Assembly (NCBI GenBank): GCA_030704615.1
Contig: CM060733.1
Span: forward strand, 73,408,001 to 73,472,000
Direction of reading: 5' to 3'
From: Takakia lepidozioides
Taxonomy: Eukaryota; Plantae; Bryophyta
DNA length: 64,000 bases
Part shown: in pieces, positions 34,182 through 46,862 of the stretch
How the letters are laid out: every line of letters begins with the position of its first letter
Position numbering within the stretch: the first letter of the stretch is position 1
Made by a program: the position numbers and the translations under genes
Notes under the pieces: generated by a model
The model's input: only the letters and a program-made list of their open reading frames with translations
The model's database searches: none
What the model was told of the DNA's origin: nothing

Positions 34182-36070
34182 TACTGCATATCATTGATGG
34201 TAGTGGGGCCAGGATTAGGATGGATGTCGCCGCAACGCATGAGGAGGAGTGCTATACATGCTATTTGATAGTACTTATGATGTGTTGGTGGGTGGTGATA
34301 GGAGTGTTTAGATGGGAGGGGGTTTTGTCGGTATCTGCCGTGCGGGCAGTGGGTGATGAAAGAGGTTTTTAGAGTTTTTGGTTGATGAGTGCGGAGGTAA
34401 GTGTTACTGTGGGTTCGTAGTTGGGATAGGTAATGGGTATTATTGTGTGTAATTGTGGAGCAAGTGGCGGGTGTGTGTATTGGGGGGGTGAGTGGTGGTG
34501 TGTTTCATTGAGGATTTATATTTATATTTATATTTTCGTGGAGGAGAAGATAGATTGCAAGGGGGTGGGATTTAGAGGTGAAGGTGCGGAGGTTGTGGAG
34601 CAGGTAGCATGAGGGGGGGATTGTAGGTAACCATGGTGGATGTGTTGAGTAAAGCAGCCTGACGAGGTTTATGACTGTGTGTGCGTAGTCTCCAGAAAGA
34701 ATAGGAGCACTGGACTTGTGAGGGTATATAGTGCGAGTCATTAGTTGTGAGCTGCTGCCAATACTGCGGCCACAGATTTTGAGTATAAATAAACAAGGCG
34801 AATGCGTTGAGCATGGCAACCCATCGGGTGTTTTGAGTGCGTGTGCATATACTACGTACGAGAGGAATTTTTTGTGCTAGCTAAGGCTTGTAAGGGGGGT
34901 GTAACATGTAAAAGTGGAATTGTTTGAAATGCATGTATTTCTTTTGAAGAATTTGTGGTGGGGGTCGGGAGAACAACATGAAAGAAGTTCCAGTGGGGCA
35001 ACATGTGTGAAGCGTTGCGGTGTGGGGTGACGCAGTTCCAATCAGGGAGGGGATTGATGAAATTCGAGCAACAGTTGGAGAGGTTGTAGTATGTGGGCTA
35101 AGTGGACTAGGAATAAATAGTGTATAGTGAATACTCGGGGCATATTGAATGGGAGACAATGACAGTCCACTGTATGGGTGTTTGGGGTTAAGATGTCCGG
35201 GGTACGTATGTAGTGGTATTTTTTTGGCATATGTGTCCTGATATGAGGATTGTGCAATGCGCTGGATAGAGGATGGATGATAAATGTCTAGGAGATGACG
35301 ACGAGTAGAGGGTGGATGATAAACGTCTAGGGAATGACGACGAGTAGAGGATGGATGATAAACATCTAGGGAACGACGACGAGTAGAGGATGGATGATAA
35401 GCGTCTAGGGAGCGATGACGAGTAGGGGATGGATGATATACGTCTTAGGAGATGATGAGTATCAAAATGATGATGATATATCTTGTGGCAGTCATTGAGT
35501 AGGAACATGGAGTAAATTTTTTGGTGTCAAATTGTAGAGAGTAGAAAGTAACATTGGTGTGAAATTGTTTGAAATAGAGAGAGTCCATATGCCCAAGCAA
35601 CTTGGGGAGAGGAGATCGAGAATGCTGAGTAGTCCTTGCTTGAAACTGAGCCTGGAAAAAAAGGATGAAGATTAGAACGATGACAAAGGGGCAACGAGTA
35701 TCGAGTGGGGGTGGCACCAGGGAACGAGACCTTGTCATATAATTGGGAAGAGAGATACATGCTGGATAGACATTGTGTGGTTCTGGTATAACAGCAGATA
35801 CAGCTATGGAAACAGAAAATGTTTATGTGAGGAGGTCCAGTGTAATAAGGTAGAGGTGGGCCTAAACTGGTAGAATCAAGACAGGCTTGGCAGCCAGCAT
35901 ATATATAGTGGACCATCGTATTGGAGAGGAGTCCTATAGTATACATGGGAACAATACAAGCAGTGATAAGTCATCGTGGTTATCTATGCAGAGACTATGC
36001 TTAAGAGGTCTTGTACCTGGACAAGTGGATTGTGATACAATGGGTGGTGGCTGACATGATACAGTCTGCC
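34182..36070 (-). mobile_element. Degenerate non-LTR retrotransposon-like fragment with a 2A-like motif; truncates E2
   Basis: IACIALLLMRCGDIHPNPGP at 34205-34262 (-). The rest is a P/T/H-rich decayed coding-like strand. No RT motif seen. Confidence 0.45.
35267..35460. repeat. 39-bp minisatellite, about five copies
   Basis: Unit tagaggatggatgataaacgtctagggaacgacgacgag. Confidence 0.9.
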
Positions 36071-36579
36071 GCATATGCTAGGATTGACCATCAGGGTGCC
36101 TTAGGGTTGTGCGTGGTGAGTCCTGTTTGACGGTTGGGTATCTCTTGAATTCGGGGAGCCATCTGGAACAAAGCAGCTGAGCATCAGAGAGTGATGAGAA
36201 TTCAATACATGCAACGTGAGATCTGTTTGTCAAGGAGAGGCGGGGGAGCAGCCAGGGTTGGGAAAAGGGGTGGGTGTACTTCCTGAGCATGAGAGGGCAC
36301 TCAGATGGTTGGGTTCGGAGATGAGGGCATCTCTGTTGACACTGCGGAGGCCTCAGGATGGCACCTTTAGCAGCTATAGCGCATGACTCGAGGGCTTCAA
36401 CCAGATTATGACACCAGCTAAGGGCACCAGGCCAGGCCAACTGCTCCTACCAGCGGAGGGCTCCAATCTCGAGAAATCTCGTCAGTCCACAGAGTGGTGC
36501 GGGTGGATTCAGCTGCACATCTGGAGGCAATAGTGTTGCCCGTTGCCGTAGCGCCGGGGTGACATTGTTGGCAGTTGTA

Positions 36580-37520
36580 GCTTGACGTGCATCCTTCATG
36601 CTCTTGCATTTGGCATACATATCTGCCAGGGTAGTCTCCAGTCTGTCGAACACTCCCTTTGCATCATCGATGCACCCACATTTTAAATACATGTCCACGA
36701 AAGTATTGTTCAGAATGACATTTGGTACAATTCCAGCTCTGATGATGTCGCCATGGACCTCTTTACCCTTTTCCAAAGCTGCCATGCTTGCACACGCATA
36801 AATGCACACAAATGTGTTGTGGTCGGTTTTCACCCCTTCCCCCATCATTTGATCATAGGTATCCAAAGCCTCCATATTACGTCCCTGCTGTGCATACCGT
36901 GCAAGCATCGCATTCCACGACACAACATCTCGTTCAGCCATAGTGTCAAACACTCCCTTTGCCTCCTCGATGCATCCACATTTTGCATACGTGACCATCA
37001 GGGTATAGTTCAGAATAACAGTTGGTACAAGTCCAGCACGATGTCGCCATGGACCTCTTTGCCTTTTCCTAGAGCTGCCAGGGCAGTGTTCAGAATGACA
37101 TTTGGTACAACTCCAGCTTTGATGATGTCAACATGTAAGTCTTCGCGCGTTACCAGGGCTGCCAGGCTTGCACAAGCATTGCAAATGCACACAAATGTGA
37201 TGTGGTTGGGCTTCACCCCTTCCTCCATCATTTGATCATAGGTCTCCACGACATTTGTAACAACTCCAGCTTTGACATGGCCATTCAACCTGGCCTGCTG
37301 CTTCTGCTGTGGAGGCAGGGGTAATTCAACAAGAAGATCTTTGCTAGAAGGCCATAAGCATAATGAGAATCAATGACAAAAAGTTGAGTCCCCAGGTGGA
37401 ACTGGTGAACCATGGCATACATATCAGCAAGCCTAAGGGCACTCTTCATAATGATATCAGGTGAGATTTCAGCTTTGATGATGTCATCATGGACACCTTT
37501 GTCCTTTCCCAGGGCTGTTT
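36580..37520 (-). pseudogene. PLS-class PPR gene remnants
   Basis: YAKCGCIEEAKGVFDTMAERDVVSWNAML..YAQQG..EAL..PNHITFVC..ACASLAAL..GKEVH; frameshifted and interrupted. Confidence 0.88.
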
Positions 37521-37839
37521 GTGAAGAACTCTTGGGACAGATCTCGCTGCAAATTCTGGCAGTGTGAGAGCCTTCAGTGTGCTGATAAGCTACAGATGGC
37601 ACCACCTGCAGCCTATAATGAGGTGACGAATGTGCCATTTCATGGTTGGCTTCCTCCTTCTGCTGTTTACTGGCATGATTCTTTGATAGATTCTTTTGCT
37701 GAAGATGGCCTTCGAAACATTGACTTGGTCTGGGCTCCAATCGCCTGCACACTTGTGGATGGAGATGGGGCAAAGTACAGCCCAGCTGCTTGCTGAAGAA
37801 ATTTCTCATGAGCTGGCTGAACGAGGAGGTGGCTGTGGG

Positions 37840-38170
37840 GACAGGGTGACCGTTAATGAGACACCTGAACAAGATATGTCTACATGGGACATAATGACGG
37901 CAGGGTATGCCAAGCACGGATCTGGTAAGGAGACCTTGAAGATCTGCGAACAAGTGAGACCAGAGGGGTACCCGATAGGATCTCGTTCACTTGTGTTCTA
38001 AATGGGTGTGCCAGCTTTTCAGACCTGGAAAGTGGTGAAGATATCCCTGTAGACATTTTCAAGGAACTATGGAGCAGAAACGGATGTGGAATTTACACGT
38101 TGTACCTGTTGGGTATACCTTACAATCCTGGAAGGGAAGCTGGCCGATGGTGCAGGCTGAAAGATGGAGC
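37840..38170 (+). pseudogene. PPR remnant, opposite orientation
   Basis: EQDMSTWDIMTAGYAKHGSGKETL..PDRISFTCVLNGCAS. Confidence 0.7.
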
Positions 38171-38999
38171 AGGCAAGGAGTGGGTAAGAAGTAGGCCTGA
38201 CTTGAAACCTTTCATACCAGTAGTAAGTGTTCAGCGGGTGAAGGTGGTCAGTGAGGACCCCGACACTTAAAAAATGGAGACACACTACATATGTAGTGTG
38301 AATGCATGGGAGTAACATTAAAAATTTTGTTACTTGCTCAGATTCTTCATTTCTACAAGAAAGGTGGTACCAGTGCGAAATAGGTGGAGTTATCCCTACG
38401 ATTTATTTCATCCATGCCTACCAGGTTGTGTTATAAGCTGAGAAGAGGATTGCTTGGCTAGGATGAAGGTAGTTGAACCGTGAACAGTGGATTTTCCATC
38501 CGATGAATGGATGATGTTCATCCATACTTACTCGGTTACAGCGTGGGAATGATGGGGAACTCTTGGCCAGGATGAAAACGCTTAAGTGTCTTGCTATTTT
38601 ATTTCATCCATGCTACGGATGGAATTCATCCTTGCCTAGAGGTTATTTCATGGGCACACTCTGATGATACTTTGCCAAGATGAGCTAAGTCGTGACCAGA
38701 CATATTTTTCATCTGGAGGATGAACACATTACATCCATTCTTACTGGATGACTCATAAGAACGTTTTCCGTTCGTGGAATGGATGACTTCCATCACTGGC
38801 GGTTATCCTAGGAACGCGGGACGAGGAAGACGAAGGGGAAGATGACGGGGGCTTTGAGCAGATGCTGCGAACAGTGGAATTGGTAGGACATTGTGTCAAG
38901 GGCGATTGCATCTACGCTGGGGCATTCTGGCTTGCATTAAGGGAAGTATTAATTAGAGGTGATGTAGAGGATAAGGGCACAGCTTGGTAATCTGTGTAG

Positions 39000-40130
39000 T
39001 AGGGGAAGCGGTGTCGTCTTTGGTCTGTTTCATTCATGATCTCGTGCTGCTGGAGGATAAGCTCACTAAGGAGTGCAGCTTGGTAAGGTGTGTGATGTCA
39101 GCAGGGAACGGTGCAGACCTGTGAACTGGTTGGCAACGGGATCTGGACGGATCATCCAAGAAATGGGCTCTGGATTTTGAAGGTATCTGGCCATCCTGGA
39201 ATTAGTATTAGAAAAAGGGGTCGATTCACGGATAAGGAAGTAGGATGTGGCCATTAGGAAGGAAGGGCTGCTGCCATCTAGGCTAGAAATGATATTTGCA
39301 AGGATGAATTCCTCACTTGGGGATCTGGTCTGCCGAGACAGGGCGGAGAAGGAAATCTGGCGTATACGATTAGTTCTGGGAAGAGCCACTGCAGGCAGTA
39401 ACGTTAAAACAGTTAAATGTTACTCTACCTAGGGCCATGGTGCCAGTGAAGTACCTCTGAATTCATGAAGGCTGGCTGATAAAGAAAGAATTGTTGGTGG
39501 GGGGCGGTGAAGGTTTCACACACCCTGCATTGAACGATCTATCTTAAGGGAGCGGCAGCACATGCGGTGGCATCCTGCGCATGAGATATCTGACAGAAAA
39601 GATAAGGGGGGTTTTTCCTGGCAATTAGATGCCCACCGCTTGAATGAGGGTATAAAGCAGCTAAGTGCGATGATCGCTCTTCTTCTTTCACTTAGGAATA
39701 GTTGTTGTTGCTTTGACTTAGGAGCTCTCAAGCAAGACTGATGTAGGAGATAAGATTTTGAGAAATGGAATGGAGGTGGCCTGACTTCAAACCAGGGAGA
39801 TTGTAGAGAGGATGTGAGAGGATGCATATGTCCGTGGGGATATTGATTAGAGGGCAGATGCAGCCCCACCATAGTCACTGAGTGTATGATGTTCCTTTTG
39901 CTTCAGATCATCTATTTCCAGTGGCATGAATCTGGACCCAATGTTGCATTGAAGGTTGATGTCAAATGTACATGCAATTTTGAGCACAGTAGAGCACAAA
40001 CCCGTAGGGTTAGCTGCCTTTTTAACAATAGAAAGCTGAGGGTGATGGTGTTTCATTGGAGGACTAGGGTATCCTGAATTTATGTGGCATGCATACATTA
40101 CAGGGATGATGTGGAAAATTATTTTAAGTT
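39000..40130 (+). mobile_element. Decayed LINE ORF2 3' region (tentative)
   Basis: Trp-rich fragments (KEIWRIRL.., IIYFQW..IW) typical of post-RT regions of plant LINEs. No intact domain. Confidence 0.35.
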
Positions 40131-40204
40131 GTTTAGTGTAGCTGCCTTACTGAAGCTGAAACTTGATGTTTGATCCCAGAATGAGGGGATTTAGTTTGGG
40201 AACT

Positions 40205-40281
40205 CTGTTGGTTCAAAGCTGTTCGGTGGATTGAACCCACAACCACTTCCGAGGTGGTATGTGCCCATTATCACTAGGCTA
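40205..40281 (-). repeat. tRNA-derived SINE-like head
   Basis: Minus strand tagcctagtgat...gtgggttcaatcc (A-box-like and B-box-like). A related piece at ~60265-60310. Confidence 0.45.
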
Positions 40282-40659
40282 TGCTTCTCATTGTTTGCTA
40301 TTAGGGTCTTCAATGCCCGCGGCTGCGGCGGGCCCCGCTGGCCCACAAAACACATAAATGCACATATAAATCATTAGTTATTTCAAAGGTTTGTAGAAAG
40401 TGGCGAGTAGTGTGGTGATTAAGAGCATCGGGTAATATGTTCAAGGTTTGGTGTTCAAATCCTGTCGTGTTGTACTATGGAATGATGTGTGTTATTAAAT
40501 TTATATTTTGTCGAAGGTTGGAGTCGGTCTCATGGAGGGTGAAGGTTGGAGTCAGTCTAGAGGGTCCGCTCGTCGGTCTGCCCAGTTGGAGTTGGTCCGC
40601 TAGTCGGTCTGTTGGAGGGTCTGCCAGTCCGCTTGACGGTATTTAAAAAAAAAAACTGT

Positions 40660-40980
40660 TGCGACCACCCCCCTACTATTAAAAAACAGAAAATTGCTCC
40701 GACCACCCCCCATGCCGGTGGTCGCACCTATTAAGAAAAAAAAAATGTTGCGACCACCCCCCTGCTGGTGGTCGCACCTATTACAAATAAAATAAAAATT
40801 GTGCGACCACCAGTAGCGGTGGTCGCAACTGTTTAAGAAAAGAAAAAATGCGACCACCCCTGCTAGTGCTCGCATCTATTTTTTAAAAACAAAAATGTTG
40901 CGACAACCCCTCTGCTGGTGGTCACAACTATTAAAAAATAAGATAAATTCTGCAACCACCAGAATTTGGAGGTCGCACCA
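40660..40980. repeat. Array of GCGACCACC-Nn-GGTGGTCGC inverted repeats separated by A-tracts
   Basis: About seven or eight tgcgaccacc/ggtggtcgca units at roughly 40-60-bp spacing. Confidence 0.8.
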
Positions 40981-42289
40981 ATTTAACAATAATGATTTAA
41001 AAATGATCTCAAATATTGGCGGATGGAGTAATCTATAAAACAATTCATTCACTTGCCAAGGTGTCGCTTGGAATACAATGTGTCCACCTACGTGGCATAT
41101 TTTTCACCTAACTCATGTTTTACTGATTTTTCGGCAAAACTGACGTGACGTTGGTCGCGTCAGCGTCAGGTCCGACGTGATGTGACGTCACTGACGTGTG
41201 CAACCCTGGCTGGAGTGAACTTAAGGGGGGGGGGATGTTGGTGTGTTGGGCTGTAGATTTGGATGGGTTAAGGTGATGATAGGGGAGGGTGTGAGGGGGG
41301 TAGGGGAGTGGCCAGGATGAATATTGTCCATTAGTGGTTTGGATGAGAAAATCCGTGAGTGGATGTGTAGATGCATATATTGGTACACTTTTCTTTTCAG
41401 ATCGTTTTTTATCATAAGACAAGCGGTTTCGGCAATGTACTGCCAAAACAGGTTAGTTTGTTAGTTGTCTGGAAATTGTTGGTATAACACGTAGGAAATT
41501 AGACAGTGTCTGCGATGACCATTGAGAGGAACTTTGGCGTCAACATGACCGTATGAAGCTGCATCGACAGCAGATTAGGCTACCAATTCGGTACCAGAAA
41601 CGACAAGGTAATTATGTTCAAACAATACAGGACGACTGTTCCAGTCGATTGCGATCTCTCTTTTCTCCCGCCTTTCAAATCCAATAGGAACACACGGCGA
41701 GGAGCTTGGCAATTGGTGGAAGCGACATGTACAGCAATGAAATATCGCAACAAAGCAAATGGCTGCATCGGAATGACAGCAGGTCAGGACGACTTCAAAT
41801 GGCGAAGCGTGGACTTGTTAACGGTGTGGGACAACTGGAGGGGACATCGGACAATCTATGACTCAGTGGCAGGGTTAAGGACCCCAGATCCATCACCAGG
41901 GATTTAATTTCCAAAAATACCACAAAATTTGTGTGTAGCGAAAATACGACGAATGGCGAGAAACGCAACTTTTTACCACCAATGGACCTGAGAATTTACA
42001 GGCTGAAATGGGTATATAATTGTAGTTTGTCACCAAGTTTGGTGATTCATGGAGCTGATTAGCAGCGGCGCCAAATTATTGAGTCGACGGCACTCAGAGC
42101 TGGGAAAATCGGAATCAAGGATGCGCAGGAGTCACGGACTCCTCAGACCAAGATCGTCACCCCGCTCGAAGGCGTAGTGGCCTGGGATATACTCAAAAGC
42201 GAACAATGTTTCCACATTCGAACCAGTATCTGCTGTGTAATCTGTGTACCAGATAACGATGTTTAATTAAAGCAATCCAAACGTACTTT

Positions 42290-43640
42290 ATAAAAACCAA
42301 GAGACCAAAAATCCTGAAAATCGGTGCTTACACAGCCAACGCCGCAACCCTCATAGGAGGATCAACCATCCACGCTCTATTGGGACTCAAAATCAGCCAG
42401 AGTGCCAATAAATCCAACACAAAAAGTTTTATAAACGAACGGTCTGGAACTGACTATTTGATTATAGACGAAGTATCTATGGTCGGATGCAACATGATCG
42501 CCGCTAATCATCTGAAATTACAAAAAATCAAATCAAACATGTTACCCTTCGGAGGACTCAACATAATGTTCATGGGCGATTTCATGCAGTTTCCACCAGT
42601 CACTGACGCGCCTCTCTATTCAACGAACATATAGCCCATATTCACATTCATAAAATACACACAGAAAAAGATTATAGGCAAAAGCCTATGGGAAAATTAC
42701 ATACGCCCTAACACAATCATATTGACCCAGCAAATGAGACAAGCCCACGATGTACAATATGCGAAATTGCTACAGAATCTACGCGAAGACAACTCCACCC
42801 AAACAAATTTCGAATTATTACAGATAAGATTCATGTCGAACTTGAAAGTCATCCTGTCCAAAGAACCCTGGGATAAAGCAATGTACATCGTACCTCGTAA
42901 CCAGTTAAAGAACGCCATCAATCACCAAATGATAGAATATTATACACGTAAATCTAATCATACGTCCTACACCATAGTAGCCACAGACACCTACAAGAAG
43001 CACGCACTCCGCGATGAGATCCAATTTGCAATCCGACAGCCCGTACCCGGGAATAAAAGCCACAATTTTTTTTCCATTTTTGAGATTGTACAAAGGAATG
43101 ACAGTCATGCTCACTGACAATTTGTATCCTAGATTGGGGCTTGTAAACAGTGCAGTCGGACAAATAGTGGGGATCTCGACATCAGAAGACGATTGGATCG
43201 TACGCAAAGATAACTTGATGCACCCGCCAAATCACGTATTAATCGACTTCAGCAAATTCATCCGTCAACATCAAACATTGAGCAACGTAAATTTAGAAAA
43301 CCTCCCAGAAAACGTAGTGCCGATTACACCCGTTTCAAGAACGTTCGATTATCACCACACGGAGGATGAACTGAAAAAACCAAAGAAATTCAAAATCAGC
43401 AGACACCAATTGCCTCTGATATCTGCCTATGCCGAACCGACTACAAGGGCCAAGGCAAAACTTTCGACAGAATAAGAGCAGAATAATCATCGACTTACAA
43501 AAACCACCAGATGGACACCCCTTGAATATGCACAACATTTACTTCACACTGTCTCGTTTAGGTTCCCTACAAGGACTTGTAATACTTCGGGACATTAAGT
43601 TCAAAGACATCCAGGCAGCCAAATTCAAGACAGGCTCATT
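42290..43640 (+). pseudogene. Helitron-type PIF1 helicase (5' truncated, no Rep seen)
   Basis: AYTANAATLIGGSTIHALL; YLIIDEVSMV; PFGGLNIMFMGDFMQFPPV; LTQQMRQ; QLPL..AYA.TDYKGQG; YFTLSR. Confidence 0.88.
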
Positions 43641-43929
43641 GCAGTTCATGGCTCCACAAACCGATTGTAAGGAACAAAAATCATACATGACCACGGAACA
43701 CATCAGCACGGTGAATACCAACACTGCCATCAAAACACCACATCCACATCCACATCCAATCCAACCAAGACACGCATATGAAAAAATACAAGTGACAACC
43801 GATTCTGAAGCCGGACATCCCACACCGATAGGACCAAATGAAAACCGAACTTGATCAGAATTATCTCCCATACTGGTCGAGATGATCATAGAAATCGATT
43901 CCGAAGACGAATAATCCGACACAGAACAC

Positions 43930-44432
43930 GCAGATATACATCAAGAAACATATTGGCACGAAGATCTTCTATTGACAACGCACGATGAGCAAATCATGTT
44001 GGATGATAACGGATGGTTGTGTGACCAGCAAGCCGGGGATGCAAATACTATTTGATTAGGAACTGGAAACACAAAACTACCAGCAACATTTTAACCATGA
44101 TAAACCCGAACGGAACGAATTATCAATGTACGGTGTTTGATTCCAGCATGTCCGCGGATAAGAAGCTACCGAGCGAAATAGAACAACATCTAAGAAAATT
44201 AATCCCCGTCCCACAATTCAATTATCTCTATGCCGATGTCATGCAACAAAGTGACAATTCATCGTGTGGCGTATTTGCGATAGCTTATGCCACGGATATA
44301 GCATTCGGATTAAATCCCGCACATTCCCGATATGCAACATCCACCATGAGAACCCATTTGAGAGATTGCATAAACAATCGAAGATTTGATCCATTTCCAA
44401 AACAACATTCACAATACGAAGACTCGAGATAA
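43930..44432 (+). pseudogene. Ulp1/C48-like cysteine protease fragment downstream of the helicase
   Basis: GWLCD..VFDS..QQSDNSSCGVFAIAYA..MRTHLRDC....F.PFP. Confidence 0.7.
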
Positions 44433-45240
44433 CGTGACATTTGATTAGAACCCCAAAAACTAACGCAAACAACTCTGGCTCGACGTCTAGTACCAATAAA
44501 TGGCAAAAAACAAACGACAACGAAGTATACAATACAATCGAAGTCCTTAATGAAAATGGCCCAAAAATGAATGGAGAATCCGTACGTTCAGGGGATCTCG
44601 TTGCCGTGAAGTCCAACATCTGATATTGGATGAATTTTTGTCACAAAAAACACGGACTTTCATTCCAATTAAAAGGGGTCAAATTGTTGGCCAAAGCACC
44701 ATAGGAAACAGAGTCAAACGAAGACAACTGGAGCAGAAGCATAGCTTGGTAGCGCTTAAAACAAACACCTGTAAATGTTTCAAAGCGAATATCCATGTAA
44801 GGGCCACCACATTTTATAAAGACCATCCTTCTTCTCATCCTCAAAAAGTCTTCAATTGTCTCTATTTTGTCCCAATACATGTTCACAACGGATAATCAAT
44901 AAATACATATTCATCATAGTCCAAATGTACTTGTTATAACCAAGACGACCCATGGAAAACCCCTCCAACTCCTCCACACCACCCCCCCCCCCCCCCCCCA
45001 CCAATCAAAACTACGTGACCGACATTTTCGCAGGATGCATGATGTGTGGTCTCTCTCATAAACCTCGAGTATGGCCCATCCGTCCGGACGTCCTTCTCAG
45101 AAGTCGTCACTAGTAGTGCGGAGCAACGCGAAGCCGTAGTACTTAAGAATCCCAGTGGGTAACAAGCTGTGGTGGGTAGCGTGATGGTAAGGTGATAGCA
45201 TTGCAGGCGGCGAGGTTCGAGGCTCGATTCTTGATGGAAG

Positions 45241-45712
45241 TCTTGCAGTGTAACCCCAATCGATGTAACCTTCCAATTGGTGTAACCTTCTGTAACCCAG
45301 TTTTTCATGTAACTCTGTTAGACCATTTTATACTTGGCCACATTTGGACTTAGTCAAAATTTCGAGACCAAGTTTGGGTTACACCAACTGGAGTTACACT
45401 CCATCCTGTGTGACCCCGAGTGGAGTTACACACCTCGTCGTGTAACCGATGTAACCCCGACTGGAGTTGACACTCTTTCAGTCTTGTAGTGTAACCCCAG
45501 TCGATGTAACCCTCCAATTGGTGTAACCCTCTATAACCCGGTTTCTCATGTAACTCTGTTAGACCATTGTATACTTAGCCACATTTGGACTTAGTCAAAT
45601 TTCGAGACCAAGTGTGGGTTACACCGACTGGAGTTACACTCCATCCTGTGTAACCCCGAGTGGAGTTACACACCTCGTCGTGTAACCCCAACTGGAGTTG
45701 ACACTCCTTCAG
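45241..45712. repeat. Two ~241-bp tandem units rich in tgtaacc/ggttaca inverted motifs
   Basis: Units start at 45241 and 45482. Preceded by a tRNA-like stretch at 45172-45237. Confidence 0.85.
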
Positions 45713-46862
45713 TTCCATGTCACTCTCAAGAGAGGGTGGGGAAGATTTGACATGCCGGAAACCAGCATTCTGTCATAGGTTGCCAGTGTGCATTAAGTTC
45801 TTACATTATTCCTATTATCGTCCCTCAATATACAAGATACCTAAGTGCAATGCAGTGATAAACTCCACATTCATCAATTTAACTGTGTGAGAATGCTGAT
45901 GGTTATGTCAAGACTCAAGACGGCCACAGGCCTCTTTCGCCTTGTCACCACAAACCTCCTTGTCGTCAACCTGTAGAATTTGGGCTAGCACAACAGTATG
46001 CCTTTGTCCTAATGCTCCGTTGAACGGTGGAGGCCAACATCTTCACAATCTGGTTCACCTACAGACCAGTGTTTTTCCCCCCCTGATCACACCAAGTCAG
46101 TTTTCAAAGAACACAGAATGTGGAGGGCGTTTGGAAGCATATGCCAAGAGCAAATTTAGCAAAAGACCAATCTGAGATTGCGACAGGAAAGCCATGGGTG
46201 ATTTGTACATGCACCTAGACTTTCATCCTTACTCTGAGGCAGGTAATTTAAACCACAAGGGCACGCCCGATTTCATAAAACAATACAGATTATCAAAAAA
46301 TCGAAAGGGTCAATCCATATATCACAACACCTGCCTGTTCCCCACCACCTCTCCAAGCACGATTCTTCCCAATTTCAACATAAGCCTTGTCCTCCATGTC
46401 GTCGACAAATGGGATATTACCGACAAAGCCCTTTTCACCACTTTATGTTTAGGGATTAGCACATACAAACAATGCCACATGACGTATATAATATGTACAT
46501 CCGTGTGGCCCTCCTCTCATTTCCATGCTTGTAGCAATCACCAAGCACAGATCCAGGAATGGAATTGATGTAGAGATTAAAATCAAATAAATACTCTACC
46601 ACAACCCTGTAGAATTTCACAAAACAGCCTACTCAAAAATTGAACCTAACTCAAATCACACTAGTTCTTCTCTGAATCCAGTCACTATAGTACAAACATG
46701 AGGCATCTGATCATATCTTCTGCTATTGAGATAGATGTTGCATAGGACATGCTCCACGCAGCTGGTGCACTTTGAAGGATGGATGGGCAAATGACCAGAA
46801 TATGCCTCGAGCCATGGCATGCCCAAGAACAGCCTGACGGGTATAGGCATCATAGTCTAGGC

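Noticed and set aside
40405-40470. Functional tRNA genes (also 40205-40281 and 45172-45237)
   Set aside because: A/B-box-like sequences are present but I could not fold a convincing cloverleaf; treated as tRNA-derived repeats.
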